A stretch of DNA of 64,000 nt, taken from Desulfobacterales bacterium (lineage in GTDB: Bacteria > Desulfobacterota > Desulfobacteria > Desulfobacterales > UBA5852). The notes beneath the pieces were generated by a model. That model searched no databases and was not told the origin of the DNA. It saw only the letters and a program-made list of their open reading frames with translations. The stretch's first letter is position 1. Each line of letters starts with the position of its first letter. Shown here piece by piece: positions 1-9,905 of this stretch. A program made the position numbers and the translations under genes. The stretch is from contig CAXXVS010000001.1 in NCBI GenBank assembly GCA_963674755.2, positions 352,001 through 416,000 of the forward strand, read 5' to 3'.

Positions 1-773
1 ACCAGGCGGAAGCGCCCCTCCAGGCTTTCCAGAAACATCTGGTTGATGGCCTGGTAGATGCCCTTGTGGGCCGGGCAGCCCTTTTCAAAATGGATTACCA
101 CGGTTTCCTCATCCAGCGGTTCGGCGATGGTGTAGGCGACAATGATCTCCTCCACCATGATGACCCCGCCCAGCAATTCCGGGAAGGCGTTCCAGTGGAC
201 CAATACCCGCTGAATGGCGCGGTTTTCGGCGGAGAGCACCTCCGACCCCTCGCAGTCTCGCCAGGTACACCAGTCATCCTGCAGGGCCAGGGCTTCATCG
301 ATCATGGCGTCTGAAAAAGGTACGAAGCGGTAGTCGTTTTGCTTTTTAAACTGGTTGAGCAGGTTTTTCTTCTTGTGAAACCGGTTGCCGCTCAAGGTCA
401 CCAATTCCCCCACATCATAGATATAGTCCCAATTGTCCCGGTCTTCCTCGAAGCGCAGGGCCTCGCCGGTCTGCGCACGCCAGAGGTCGGCCAGCGCTTC
501 GGGTACGCGCTTGAAGCCCGGTGAAAAATCATGCCCGGCCAATACGCCGGGCCAGTCGATGCGGTCCCAGGGGCCGACCGGCGCCCAGTAGACCGGTTGG
601 GGGTCCTTCTGCCGCAGCCATACCAGATCGTTGCTGAAGGCCCACTCCAAGCCGTATTCCCGGGCCCAGCCCCAGATATTGGCGAAACTGTAGTCCGAGG
701 TCGCCTGGGGGGTCAGCCTGAGATGGTGTTGATAGTCTTCGGCCCTTTCAGTTTGAATGGGTGTGAAATCCAA
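1..773 (-). CDS. DUF2156 / phosphatidylglycerol lysyltransferase-like GNAT domain protein (3' end beyond window)
   Basis: Hand translation from TTG at 773 (AAGGA upstream): MDFTPIQ..TSDYSFANIWGW..DRDNWDYIYDVGELVTLSGNRFHKKKNLLNQF..VIHFEKG..GIYQAINQMF; open to the window edge. Confidence 0.8.
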   Translation of the reverse strand, partial: MDFTPIQTERAEDYQHHLRLTPQATSDYSFANIWGWAREYGLEWAFSNDLVWLRQKDPQPVYWAPVGPWDRIDWPGVLAGHDFSPGFKRVPEALADLWRAQTGEALRFEEDRDNWDYIYDVGELVTLSGNRFHKKKNLLNQFKKQNDYRFVPFSDAMIDEALALQDDWCTWRDCEGSEVLSAENRAIQRVLVHWNAFPELLGGVIMVEEIIVAYTIAEPLDEETVVIHFEKGCPAHKGIYQAINQMFLESLEGRFRL

Positions 774-840
774 GCGTGTAATCCTTTCATTTGGTTTGGT
801 GATTCATCGCACGGGGCGAAGGATTCGTAGAGGCGGTGTA

Positions 841-1434
841 TCAGGCGGTGCCCTTCAGAGAAGCGGCCAGCGCTTGTCCCGCCGTGTAAGACTCCTGGAG
901 ATAGTCCGGGTGTTCGAGAACATCCTCCTCAAAATCCAGCCCGCGGTAGAGAAGTGATTTCCAAAGGGTCGTATCGATGACATCGAAGAAATAGCGGACG
1001 GTCAGCAGGGCGCCGTCAAAGAGCTTTTTGCCATGGGTGGCGCCGACGGAAATAAACATCCCCTGGCGCTTCGATACCCATTGCCCTTTGGGCAGGTCGT
1101 CAATCCAGTATTTCTTGACCCATAGGGACTGGCAGCGGTCCATAAAGATCTTGGTGTGGGCGCTGACCGTGTAGAAGAAAATCGGGGAGGCCAGCATGAT
1201 GCCGTCGGAGGCCAGGATGCTGTCCCGGATTTTTTGGAAGCCATCCTGGATGACGCATTCGCCGATTTCGGTGCAGCCGTAGATTTCCATGCAGGGGGTG
1301 ATTTTGAGGTCCCGCAGGACGATTTCGGTCACGGTGGCGCCCTGGTCGCGGGCGCCGGCCACGGCCTGCTGGAGAAGGCGGCTGGTGTTGCCCTGTCGTC
1401 GCGGGCTTCCGTAAATAGCGGTGATCAGTGTCAT
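841..1434 (-). CDS. Flavodoxin-family / iron-sulfur flavoprotein (NADPH-dependent FMN reductase-like)
   Basis: GSPRRQGNT motif, ASPIFFY, KIFMDRCQ. Confidence 0.85.
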   Translation of the reverse strand: MTLITAIYGSPRRQGNTSRLLQQAVAGARDQGATVTEIVLRDLKITPCMEIYGCTEIGECVIQDGFQKIRDSILASDGIMLASPIFFYTVSAHTKIFMDRCQSLWVKKYWIDDLPKGQWVSKRQGMFISVGATHGKKLFDGALLTVRYFFDVIDTTLWKSLLYRGLDFEEDVLEHPDYLQESYTAGQALAASLKGTA

Positions 1435-1449
1435 GGCATATGCGGTTTT

Positions 1450-2238
1450 TTAAGCGGCTTCGACCGGCAAGGCCAACCGGATGCCCACCGGGCAGTGGTC
1501 GGACCCGAAAATATCATTGTCGATGAAGGCTTCGGTGATCTCCTGGTTTTCAATGAGGTTGCGGGTGGCAAAGAAATAATCGATCCGCCAACCGGCATTG
1601 CGTTCCCGGGCCTTGAAACGATAGGTCCACCATGAATATTTTTCAACCCCGGGGTAAAAGTAGCGGAACGTATCCACATAGCCGTCGGCGATGATGCGGT
1701 CCAGCCAATCCCGTTCGATGCGCAAAAAGCCGGACCGGTCGGCATTGGCCCGGGGGTTTTTAAGATCGATGTCATTGTGGGCCGTGTTGTAGTCGCCGGT
1801 GATGATCACACGGCGCCCCTCGTCCTTGTATCGATTCGTATAGGCAAAAAAGGCCTCGTAGAAATCCAGCTTGTACTGCAGCCGTTCGGGGCTCATCTGG
1901 CCGTTGGGAAAATACACATTGAAAAAGACGAAGGTGCCGAAGTCCAGCTCCAGGATGCGGCCCTCATCGTCGAAGCGGGGCTGACCGATGCCGTAGCGCA
2001 CCGTGATAGGCTCACGGCGGGTGTAGACGCCCACCCCGCTATAGCCTTTTTTGGTGCTGGCATGGGACCAGTAGGCCTGATAGCCGGCCAACTCCCGCAT
2101 GGGCGCGGTCAACTGGTGCTCTTGCAGTTTGGTTTCCTGGAGGGCCAGAATGTCGGCGTCCAGACGGCGCACGGAGGCCTCAAAGTCTTTCTTCATGACG
2201 GCCCGCAGGCCGTTGACGTTCCACGATACAAGTTTCAA
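1450..2238 (-). CDS. xth: Exodeoxyribonuclease III
   Basis: SWNVNGLRA, LQETK, YFPNG, GDYNTAH, GWRIDYF, GSDHCP; TTG start after GGAGG. Confidence 0.95.
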   Translation of the reverse strand: MKLVSWNVNGLRAVMKKDFEASVRRLDADILALQETKLQEHQLTAPMRELAGYQAYWSHASTKKGYSGVGVYTRREPITVRYGIGQPRFDDEGRILELDFGTFVFFNVYFPNGQMSPERLQYKLDFYEAFFAYTNRYKDEGRRVIITGDYNTAHNDIDLKNPRANADRSGFLRIERDWLDRIIADGYVDTFRYFYPGVEKYSWWTYRFKARERNAGWRIDYFFATRNLIENQEITEAFIDNDIFGSDHCPVGIRLALPVEAA

Positions 2239-2413
2239 GATTCGGTTATTCCTCCGGGGTTGCGGGGCCATTCGAAAATCGTTGGATGCGGCAGGGCCTT
2301 CTCCGGTGCGAACGCATTTGACAATCGCTGCCGGGGTGATCACCTATTAAAAATAAGCGCATGATCATAACGACCATGCAGACGGTAAACAGTTATGCGC
2401 TCGGAGCGCGCCC

Positions 2414-2815
2414 GTGATTGTTTTTGACGGTAAATACACCTGGAACGGCAATACCACCCAAAAGAGGCGTCCCATCAGCTGGTGGCGCAGCGCTTATCGT
2501 CTGCGGATTGTCGACATCGCCCACGATGCACCGGACGTCCTTTTCCTCAAGCCCTTTATCGTCTTCTTCAGCGATACGGGGGAGGGCGCTTCGGTGACGA
2601 ATTGTCTGCCCGATCTGGCCAAAAAAATATGTGAAGACTTCGGGCTCGATATGAACCGTGTGGCCTGGATCGAAGACCGTCCCGACCGGGAAGAGCGGTT
2701 CCGCGTGGCGGTATTTCAGCCGGTGGCCCGTCTCGGCCATGACCGTTTCTACCAGGTTGCCTGGCGGCCGGCCGCGCCGCGGGAACTGGATCTCATCAAA
2801 ACCCACTGCGCCTGA
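2414..2815 (+). CDS. Hypothetical protein
   Basis: 133 aa ORF with host-like codons, divergent from xth. Confidence 0.65.
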   Translation: MIVFDGKYTWNGNTTQKRRPISWWRSAYRLRIVDIAHDAPDVLFLKPFIVFFSDTGEGASVTNCLPDLAKKICEDFGLDMNRVAWIEDRPDREERFRVAVFQPVARLGHDRFYQVAWRPAAPRELDLIKTHCA

Positions 2816-2881
2816 GGGCGTTTCCGCATCCCGGATCCAAGCGCGCCCGCTCTCCCACAGCGATCGCTGATGCGCTTCCCG

Positions 2882-3415
2882 CTAGGCCAGGAGGCGTTCC
2901 AGGAGCTGCTGCCATTCTGTCTGCCGGGCGTCGCGGGCGGCATCCCGCAGCGAACCAAAACAAGCCCTGACGATCATGGTCTTGGCTTTCGGGCTGGCCA
3001 GCTGGGCTTCGATGCTGCGAATATCCGCGATCATTTCCGACAGGGTTTCAAAGGGCAGACCGCGTTCGCCGAGGTCGGTCTTGAGACGGGTCAGCGTCCG
3101 CTCGACCACTTCGTATTGCGGCGGACTGAGGGGCGAGGCCGTGCCCAAACGGTCGGCGGCATGGCTTTCATCCGTTTCCGCCAGAAGGCTTGCGCCTTCT
3201 TCGCTCAGCCCGATGCCGCCGGACAGGGTGCGGATTTCAACCAGTCCCTTGGCGATCAGGTCTTCCGCGGCCCGTGCACTGTCTTCCCGGTCCAATCCGA
3301 CGGTTTCCCCCATGGTGTACATGGAAGCCTGGACGGCCGGATTTCCTTCCGTAAGGCGGATAAGTTCCTGAAAGAGCGCCTGGGCGGCTGTATCAAGATC
3401 CGGTGGATGGGTCAA
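2882..3415 (-). CDS. Hypothetical protein (possible N-terminal winged helix)
   Basis: 177 aa ORF with upstream AAGGGG; EDLIAKGLVEIRTLSGGIGLS resembles a wHTH wing. Confidence 0.65.
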   Translation of the reverse strand: MTHPPDLDTAAQALFQELIRLTEGNPAVQASMYTMGETVGLDREDSARAAEDLIAKGLVEIRTLSGGIGLSEEGASLLAETDESHAADRLGTASPLSPPQYEVVERTLTRLKTDLGERGLPFETLSEMIADIRSIEAQLASPKAKTMIVRACFGSLRDAARDARQTEWQQLLERLLA

Positions 3416-3692
3416 TCCAGTCCCCTTTGTCGTGGTTAAAGGTTATCGGGCGTTCAGGCCGGCCGCCACCCGTTCGTCGCAGAAGGGTTTCGATCGGCCG
3501 CGGGCCGCCATCCATTGTCTGGATGGACCCGGCCATGCCGGACGGGAGATGGTCCCGCGCCCTCATTCGTTAGCGCATCAGTGTCAAGGGTAACCACATA
3601 TGGGCGGGAGGCAACCCGGCCGGCTCCAACGGTCTGGCCGCCGCCCCGGGCCGCGGAAGGGCGGGGCGGCGCAACATCATCTCGGTTGCGGG

Positions 3693-4100
3693 CTATTCGG
3701 GATCTTTTTCGGCCTGGCATGCCGGGCAGATGCCGACGAATTCCAACTGGTGACTCAGGATGCGGAATTCGGTTTTGGCCTGAAGGGCGCGTTCCAGGGA
3801 ATCGATCACCTCGATGGGCGCATCCACCAGACGGTCGCAGTGCAGGCAGCGCATGTGATAATGATTGTGGGGGATGCCGTCGAAGCGCTTCAGGCTGCCG
3901 GCCAAACCGATCATCTGGATTTCACCCAGCTCGGTAAGGATTTCCAGATTGCGATAGACGGTTCCCAGGCTGATGCGGGGCAATTTGCGCTTCACCCGGC
4001 CGTAGAGATCGTCGGCACTGGGATGCTGGTCGGTGGCGCGCAATTCCTCCAGAATAACCTGGCGTTGGCGGGTCATGCGTAGGTTGCGTTCTTTCAGCAA
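3693..4100 (-). CDS. Fur-family (PerR-like) transcriptional repressor
   Basis: RMTRQRQVIL, HPSAD, ISLGTVYRNL, HYHMRCLHC, GICPAC; TTG start after GAGGAGG. Confidence 0.92.
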   Translation of the reverse strand: MLKERNLRMTRQRQVILEELRATDQHPSADDLYGRVKRKLPRISLGTVYRNLEILTELGEIQMIGLAGSLKRFDGIPHNHYHMRCLHCDRLVDAPIEVIDSLERALQAKTEFRILSHQLEFVGICPACQAEKDPE

Positions 4101-4149
4101 AAAGTTCGGCCTCCTCGTAAACAGGCGCTGCGGTTTCCGAAACGCTGGA

Positions 4150-5331
4150 TCAGCGGTCATCCATGGGCACAAAGCTGCATTCATCCGGGCCGCAGTAGTC
4201 GCCGATATAGTCGGACTTGGGGCGGTACAAGGCCGGTTTCGGGGCGGCATCGGCATATTGCTCTTCGATGACGTGGGCGCTCCAGCCGGCCACCCGCGAC
4301 ATGGCAAAGAGCGGCGAGAACAGATCGATGGGAATGCCCATGGCATAGTACAGGGAGGCACTGTAGAAATCGACATTGACATAGATGTCGATGCCTTTGC
4401 GTTCCTTGAAGATCGCCTTGCCGCGCTTTTCCAGGACGCGTGAAATTTCATACCACTGGGGCTGGCCGGTGCGCTCGCCCATTTTTTTGGACATGGGGGC
4501 CAGGATGTGGGCCCGGGGGTCGTCGGTCTGATAAACGGCATGGCCCAGGCCGAAAATCACGCGTCCGGCTTCCAGCTCGCCCTTGACATAGGCATCCACA
4601 TTTTCCACGGAACCGATTTTGAGCAGCATCTCCATGACGCGCACATTGGCGCCGCCGTGCAGCTCGCCCGAAAGGGAGCCCACCGCGGCCGCCACCGCGC
4701 TGTAAATATGGGCACGGGTCGATGCCACCTGACGGGCGGAAAAAGTGGAGGCATTGAACGAATGCTCGGCATGGAGCACCAGGGCGGTATCGAAGAAGCG
4801 CGTCAGTTCCGCGTCCGGTTTTTCATCATTGAGCATGTAGAGAAAATTGGCGGCATGATCCAGGTCCGGGTCCGGCGATACGGGCGCTTGGCCGTTGCGG
4901 ATCCGGTTCCAGGCGGCAATGATCGTCGGGAATTTGGCAATCAGACGGCCGGCTTTGCGGAGGCTGGCTTCGCGGTTGCGATCGTTCAGGTCGGGATCGC
5001 CGACGGCCATCAGGGAAACGACCCCCTGCAGGATATCCATGGGGTTGGTCTCGGGCGCGCAGCATTTCAGAACGTTTAGAACGGATTCCGGCAGCGCGCG
5101 GTTGGCTGCCAGAAAGGCCTTGAAGGACGAAAGCTCCCGGGTCGAGGGCAGATGCTCGTAAAGCAGCAGATGGGCGACTTCTTCGTAGCTGGCGTTTTCG
5201 GCCAGGTCCTTGACCAGATAGCCTCGGTAGATGAGCTTGCCGGCCGCACCATCCACACGGCTGATCTTGGTGCTGGCCACGGTAACGCCTCGTAGTCCGG
5301 TATTGACCGTTGGGGTGCATTCTTCCATCAT
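4150..5331 (-). CDS. gltA: Citrate synthase (or 2-methylcitrate synthase)
   Basis: GLRGV, LIYRGY, HAEHSFNASTF, LHGGAN, FGLGHAVY, DPRA, NVDFYS. Confidence 0.92.
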   Translation of the reverse strand: MMEECTPTVNTGLRGVTVASTKISRVDGAAGKLIYRGYLVKDLAENASYEEVAHLLLYEHLPSTRELSSFKAFLAANRALPESVLNVLKCCAPETNPMDILQGVVSLMAVGDPDLNDRNREASLRKAGRLIAKFPTIIAAWNRIRNGQAPVSPDPDLDHAANFLYMLNDEKPDAELTRFFDTALVLHAEHSFNASTFSARQVASTRAHIYSAVAAAVGSLSGELHGGANVRVMEMLLKIGSVENVDAYVKGELEAGRVIFGLGHAVYQTDDPRAHILAPMSKKMGERTGQPQWYEISRVLEKRGKAIFKERKGIDIYVNVDFYSASLYYAMGIPIDLFSPLFAMSRVAGWSAHVIEEQYADAAPKPALYRPKSDYIGDYCGPDECSFVPMDDR

Positions 5332-5580
5332 ATCGATCTCCCTTGGCATCTGGTTTTGGCCGGAAATAGCTAAAACGGCTGGTGAACAAGCGTGCTACAT
5401 ACGGACATCCTACCGAATCTCTTTGATATATTTGCTGTAAGATGGAAGTTGCGCGGTGAAAAGTCAAGTCCGAAATTTTCTGTCAACAGCCATGCCACGC
5501 CCCCGGCCGGGGGGGCGCGATCAAGCATCACGGGTTGCGATGCAGCTTCGGGGCAATCGTTTCATCTGTCGGACAGGGTT

Positions 5581-5916
5581 TCAGAAACCGATCTTTTCCG
5601 GCGGGCGGCGCTCGGGAACGAATTCATGGGGGATCGTGCCCTCGTTCCAGGCTTTGGATACATAGAGATTGCAGTAGCAACTGCCGTACTCGGCCACGTC
5701 CGGTTCCCGGTAGACACAGGGGCAGATGATGTCCCTGTCATTTTCCTTGTCGCCGGAAGCCAGACGGCAGGGGCAGGCCATGTAGCCGTAGCGCTCCTTG
5801 TTTTGCAAGAGGGCTTCCAGCAGTTCCATGGTGCGATCCCGATCGGCGTTGAAGTAATAGCCCTTGGCCGCTTGCGTCTTCTCCAGCATTTCGTAGAGTT
5901 TTACGGCATCCATCAC
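5581..5916 (-). CDS. Ferredoxin:thioredoxin reductase catalytic subunit
   Basis: CPCR..CPCVY..CYCNLY motif triad. Confidence 0.93.
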   Translation of the reverse strand: MMDAVKLYEMLEKTQAAKGYYFNADRDRTMELLEALLQNKERYGYMACPCRLASGDKENDRDIICPCVYREPDVAEYGSCYCNLYVSKAWNEGTIPHEFVPERRPPEKIGF

Positions 5917-6167
5917 AGGCCCAGCGCCTCCTTGATTTCTTTTTCCTTATAGCCGACGATGGTCTTGTCGCCGATGATGATGGTGGGAAACGAACAGCGC
6001 TCATTGACGGCTTTGACTTCTTCGATCATGGCCTTGCGCTCCTCGCCCTGGAGCAGGTCGACGTCGACGAATTCAAACTGAATGGTGCACTCGTCGAGCA
6101 GTTTTTTGGTGGCTTTGCAGTGGCTGCAGGTGCTTAAAGAATAGACTTTGACTGGTTTGTCGGTCAT
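5913..6167 (-). CDS. Glutaredoxin (NrdH-like)
   Basis: STCSHCK, SFPTIIIG; overlaps the FTR start. Confidence 0.9.
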   Translation of the reverse strand: MTDKPVKVYSLSTCSHCKATKKLLDECTIQFEFVDVDLLQGEERKAMIEEVKAVNERCSFPTIIIGDKTIVGYKEKEIKEALGL

Positions 6168-6597
6168 ATTGGCACATCCTTTCGCTGGGAGAGAAGGCAA
6201 CCGCAGGGTGTGGCGGGTCTTGGCCGGCCCGCATGCGTTTCGTGCATAGTATAATCACGGTGGTCTTTCAATCCCAAATTCCCCCTATTTTTCATCCCCA
6301 TACCCCCCATCCGTCAATCAGGACAAAGGCTTGTGGGCGGCTACGGTGCCGACGGCCTCTCCCACTAGGGCGAACAGTTCAGATGTGGCGGTTAGGGGGG
6401 CGCGGCAGCTTCGATTGATGCAGACATCGGCGGCGGGCCGGCCTCCGGGGGGGCGTCGCTTTTTCCGCGGCTTATTCCCGTGCGCCGGAATCCTAAGCGC
6501 TAACCCGGGATCCGTTCCAGCGCCCGATTCGCCCTAATGTCTCGTACTTCTCGTGAGACAGTATTGTATTATCAAGACAATTGGAGCCATTTGCCGC

Positions 6598-6646
6598 TTG
6601 ACACGGTCCAGGCAACCCGTTAATCTACATAAGAATAATTATCATT
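6598..6646 (+). promoter_or_regulatory. Sigma-70 promoter followed by a Fur/Per-box-like site
   Basis: TTGACA(6598)-17 nt-TAATCT(6621), then AATAATTATCATT (6634-6646). Confidence 0.5.
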
Positions 6647-7071
6647 AGTGGTAAAGGGGCGATTTTGGGAAATCACTTGCAAGCGACCAGAAAAGACCTG
6701 CCCCATGGCGCCCCCGGCGAAAGCCGGCCCAACATGTGAATTTGGAGGTTGTTTTCAACGCCTTGGTCAGGGCATGGAAAGACAAGCCGCTGGTGGATTT
6801 AACCCAACATCTATTTGAAACATATTGATATTCTGCCAAAATGGATCCCGACGGGACCTGTCCTGGGGTGTATCAGGCCATTGTCTCACAAAACCGTCGG
6901 TCTTGAAGGCCGAAGCGTGTCTAACCAGCAAGCGCCCTCCAAGCCGGGCTGTGCCCAAATTGGTTGTTGACTTTGAATATGGTTTTAATTTAAGGGGTTG
7001 GAAGGCCTTTGGCCATCGAGCTGATTTCCTATTTCCCCTTGCATCACCTCGGCGTTGTCTGAATTCTCACT

Positions 7072-7087
7072 TGGTCTGAAATTTGCT
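7072..7087 (+). promoter_or_regulatory. Putative sigma-54 -24/-12 promoter upstream of cooS
   Basis: TGGTCTG-AAAT-TTGCT: GG-N10-GC with TTGCT, ~190 nt before the cooS start. Confidence 0.5.
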
Positions 7088-7278
7088 TGGATATTCAGTT
7101 ATCGATGTCGTCGCATCCCCTCAAATGAGAATGACGGCTTTTTATGACGCGTTGTTCCCTGTCCGCAAAAAGTGCCGGAGTGGTGCTACAGGGAACATCT
7201 CTTTCAAATCTTGCCGATTGAAGATCAACTTTTACGATAAACCGGCAATTGCCACCCTGCTTCAGGAAAGGAGCCAAA

Positions 7279-9246
7279 ATGGAAAAGAAGGCAACCGTCT
7301 CCAAGAAGGAGATTGTCACCAAAGATGTGACCATTTGCGAATCAACCGCCCAGATGCTCGAAAAGGCCAAACGCGACGGCGTTGAGACCGCTTTCGACCG
7401 TGCGGCGAATATGAAAGCCTGCCCCATCGGGGCGGACTCGGCCTGCTGCAAGCACTGCTCCATGGGACCCTGCCGGCTGAATGCCAAAGCACCTTACGAC
7501 AAGGTGGGGGTCTGCGGGGCGACGATCGATACCATCATGGCCCGCAACTTCGCTCGTATGGTGGCTTCCGGCGCCGCGGCGCACACCGACCACGGGATGA
7601 GCATGCTGGATCTCTTCCGCGAGGTGGTCAACGGCAAGATCCTGGACTACGAGATCAAGGACGTCCAAAAGCTGGAAAGCGTGGCCCAGGAAATCGGTAT
7701 CGAAACCGAAGGCCGCAGTGCCAAGGAAATCGCCACCGATCTCTATGAGGAACTCGAGCGCACCTATGTCCAGGTGGAAGGTGAAATTCCTTTTGCCAAG
7801 CGGGTACCGCCTAAAACCCTCGAAACCTGGCGCAAGCTGGGCATCGTCCCCCGGGGCGCCATGCGGGAGATCATGGAACTCATGCACCGCACCCATATGG
7901 GCGTGGACCAGCACTATGAAAACATCACCAAACAGTGCAGCCGCACCGCTCTGGCGGACGGCTGGGGCGGCTCCATGGTGGCCACCGAGATTTCCGATAT
8001 CCTTTTCGGTACGCCTACGCCGGTGGCGGTGGACGTCGATATGGGCTGTCTCAAGGAAGATCAGGTCAATATCATCGTGCATGGCCACGAACCCAACCTG
8101 TTCGAATCCATGCTCGTATCGGTCAGCGACAAGGATCTGGTGGCCAAGGCCAAGGCGGCCGGTGCCAAGGGCATCAACCTGGTGGGCATGTGCTGCTCCG
8201 GGGCCGAAATGATGTCGCGCCACGGGGTCCCCCATGCCGGAAACTTCATGTCCACCGAAGCGGTGCTGGTGACCGGGGCTGTGGATGCCATGTGCGTCGA
8301 CGTCCAGTGCATCAAGCAGGGCCTCGTGGCGGTGGCGGACTGCTATAAAACGCCTTTGATTACCACCAACCCGCGCTGCCACATCGAGGGTGCCGAGCAT
8401 GTCGAGTTCCACGAGCATGATCCGCGCGATTGCACCGACACCATGGTCCTCAAGGCCATTCACCGTTTCGGGAACCGCACCGCCCAGATCGAAATCCCCA
8501 AACACAAAAGCACCGGCGTGCACGGGTTCTCCCACGAATACATCAACTACATGCTGGGCGGGACTTTCCGGGGCTCCTACACCCCGCTCAACGACAACAT
8601 CATCAACGGCCGCATCCGCGGCGTGGCCGGGGTCGTGGGCTGCACCAACCCGCGGGTCAAGCAGGACTGGGTGCATGTCGAAATGGTCAAGGAATTGATC
8701 AAGAACGACGTCCTGGTGGTCCAGACCGGGTGCTCCCAGATCGCCCTGGCCAAGGCCGGCTTGTGTACCCCGGAGGCCGCGCACCTGGCCGGCGCCGGGC
8801 TCAAGGAGGTCTGCGAGACCGTGGGGATGCCCCCTGTTTTGGGATTAGGCTCCTGCGTGGACAACAGCCGCATCCTGATCGCCTGCGCGGAAATGGTGAA
8901 AACCGGCGGCCTGGGCGAAAGCATTGCCGACCTGCCCGTGGCGGGCGCGGCACCGGAGTGGATGAGTGAAAAGGCCATCAGTATCGGCCATTATTTCGTG
9001 GCGTCCGGTGTTTTTACCGTCTTCGGGGTGACCTTCCCCATCGTGGAAGAAACCAAGTTCCACAAGCATCTGTTCCAGGGCCTCGAAACCCAGGGCGTCG
9101 GCAAGTGGGGCTTCACTCCCGATCCCTATGAGATGGCCCAGATGATGATCGACCATATCGATGTCAAGCGCAAAGCCCTCGGCATCGACAAGGCCCGCGA
9201 ACGGGTCCTGATGGACATGAGCGACCGGCAGCAATTGTCGGCTTAA
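7279..9246 (+). CDS. cooS: Anaerobic Ni-Fe carbon monoxide dehydrogenase catalytic subunit
   Basis: CPIG..CCKHCSMGPC, CGAT, HTDH, HGHEP, MCCSG, VDVQC, GCTN, TGCS, GSCVD, SEKA. Confidence 0.97.
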   Translation: MEKKATVSKKEIVTKDVTICESTAQMLEKAKRDGVETAFDRAANMKACPIGADSACCKHCSMGPCRLNAKAPYDKVGVCGATIDTIMARNFARMVASGAAAHTDHGMSMLDLFREVVNGKILDYEIKDVQKLESVAQEIGIETEGRSAKEIATDLYEELERTYVQVEGEIPFAKRVPPKTLETWRKLGIVPRGAMREIMELMHRTHMGVDQHYENITKQCSRTALADGWGGSMVATEISDILFGTPTPVAVDVDMGCLKEDQVNIIVHGHEPNLFESMLVSVSDKDLVAKAKAAGAKGINLVGMCCSGAEMMSRHGVPHAGNFMSTEAVLVTGAVDAMCVDVQCIKQGLVAVADCYKTPLITTNPRCHIEGAEHVEFHEHDPRDCTDTMVLKAIHRFGNRTAQIEIPKHKSTGVHGFSHEYINYMLGGTFRGSYTPLNDNIINGRIRGVAGVVGCTNPRVKQDWVHVEMVKELIKNDVLVVQTGCSQIALAKAGLCTPEAAHLAGAGLKEVCETVGMPPVLGLGSCVDNSRILIACAEMVKTGGLGESIADLPVAGAAPEWMSEKAISIGHYFVASGVFTVFGVTFPIVEETKFHKHLFQGLETQGVGKWGFTPDPYEMAQMMIDHIDVKRKALGIDKARERVLMDMSDRQQLSA

Positions 9247-9273
9247 CACCTATATTCCAGATAAACACCTCAC

Positions 9274-9308
9274 CCGCAGGCGGAGCGCTCTATCGGCTCC
9301 GCCTGCGG
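9274..9308 (+). terminator. GC-rich hairpin after cooS
   Basis: CCGCAGGCGGAGC / GCTCCGCCTGCGG 13 bp perfect stem; weak U tract. Confidence 0.55.
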
Positions 9309-9433
9309 TCGTCTGAAAGGCCTCGCAGGCCGGTGTCGCCTTGTACCGGTTGCCGTGCGTGCTTATGGTAGGGGCCATTCTGAGCATTCAGTATTCTCCC
9401 TGGGGGATAATCCTGAGAGGAAAGGTGCAGATA

Positions 9434-9784
9434 ATGATGACGTTGGAAGAATTGCGGGGCGACCAGGCGATCATCGATGAAATCGACTGGAACATGACGC
9501 CCGAAGAGGCGGTGCGGCTCTACCTGGAGTGGGGCAACAACTGGGCCCGCGGGGACGGCTATGTGATCGCCTCCAAAGCGGACTACACGACCTATTTTGT
9601 GGTGAACTGCTGGCAGCGGCCCTACATGATCTATCTCATCAAGCGGAATTCCGAAGAAGCCCGGGAGCTGGCCCAGTTCGAGCTGCCGGCGCGTTTCGAA
9701 AAGGACGTCTGCGAGCTGAAAGGCGTCTACGCCCTGGACGAGGATGTCAAGGCCTGGCTGAAGGAAGAACTGGGCGTACGGTAA
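9434..9784 (+). CDS. DVU0772 family protein
   Basis: IDWNMTPEEAVRLYLEWGNNW..YFVVNCW signature. Confidence 0.8.
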   Translation: MMTLEELRGDQAIIDEIDWNMTPEEAVRLYLEWGNNWARGDGYVIASKADYTTYFVVNCWQRPYMIYLIKRNSEEARELAQFELPARFEKDVCELKGVYALDEDVKAWLKEELGVR

Positions 9785-9905
9785 GGCTTGGGGCCGGTAG
9801 GCGGGATCGGCGGATGCTTCCCATTCGTTTTGAAGCCCCCTTTTAGGAGGCTGCCTGATGCCTCCCGCTATGCGGGAGGAGGCTCACGGGCTGCCGGCCG
9901 AGCCT

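Noticed and set aside
3454..3720. 88 aa ORF with repeated NGWRPA
   Set aside because: Only a short two-copy GC-rich repeat; no RBS or protein-like composition.
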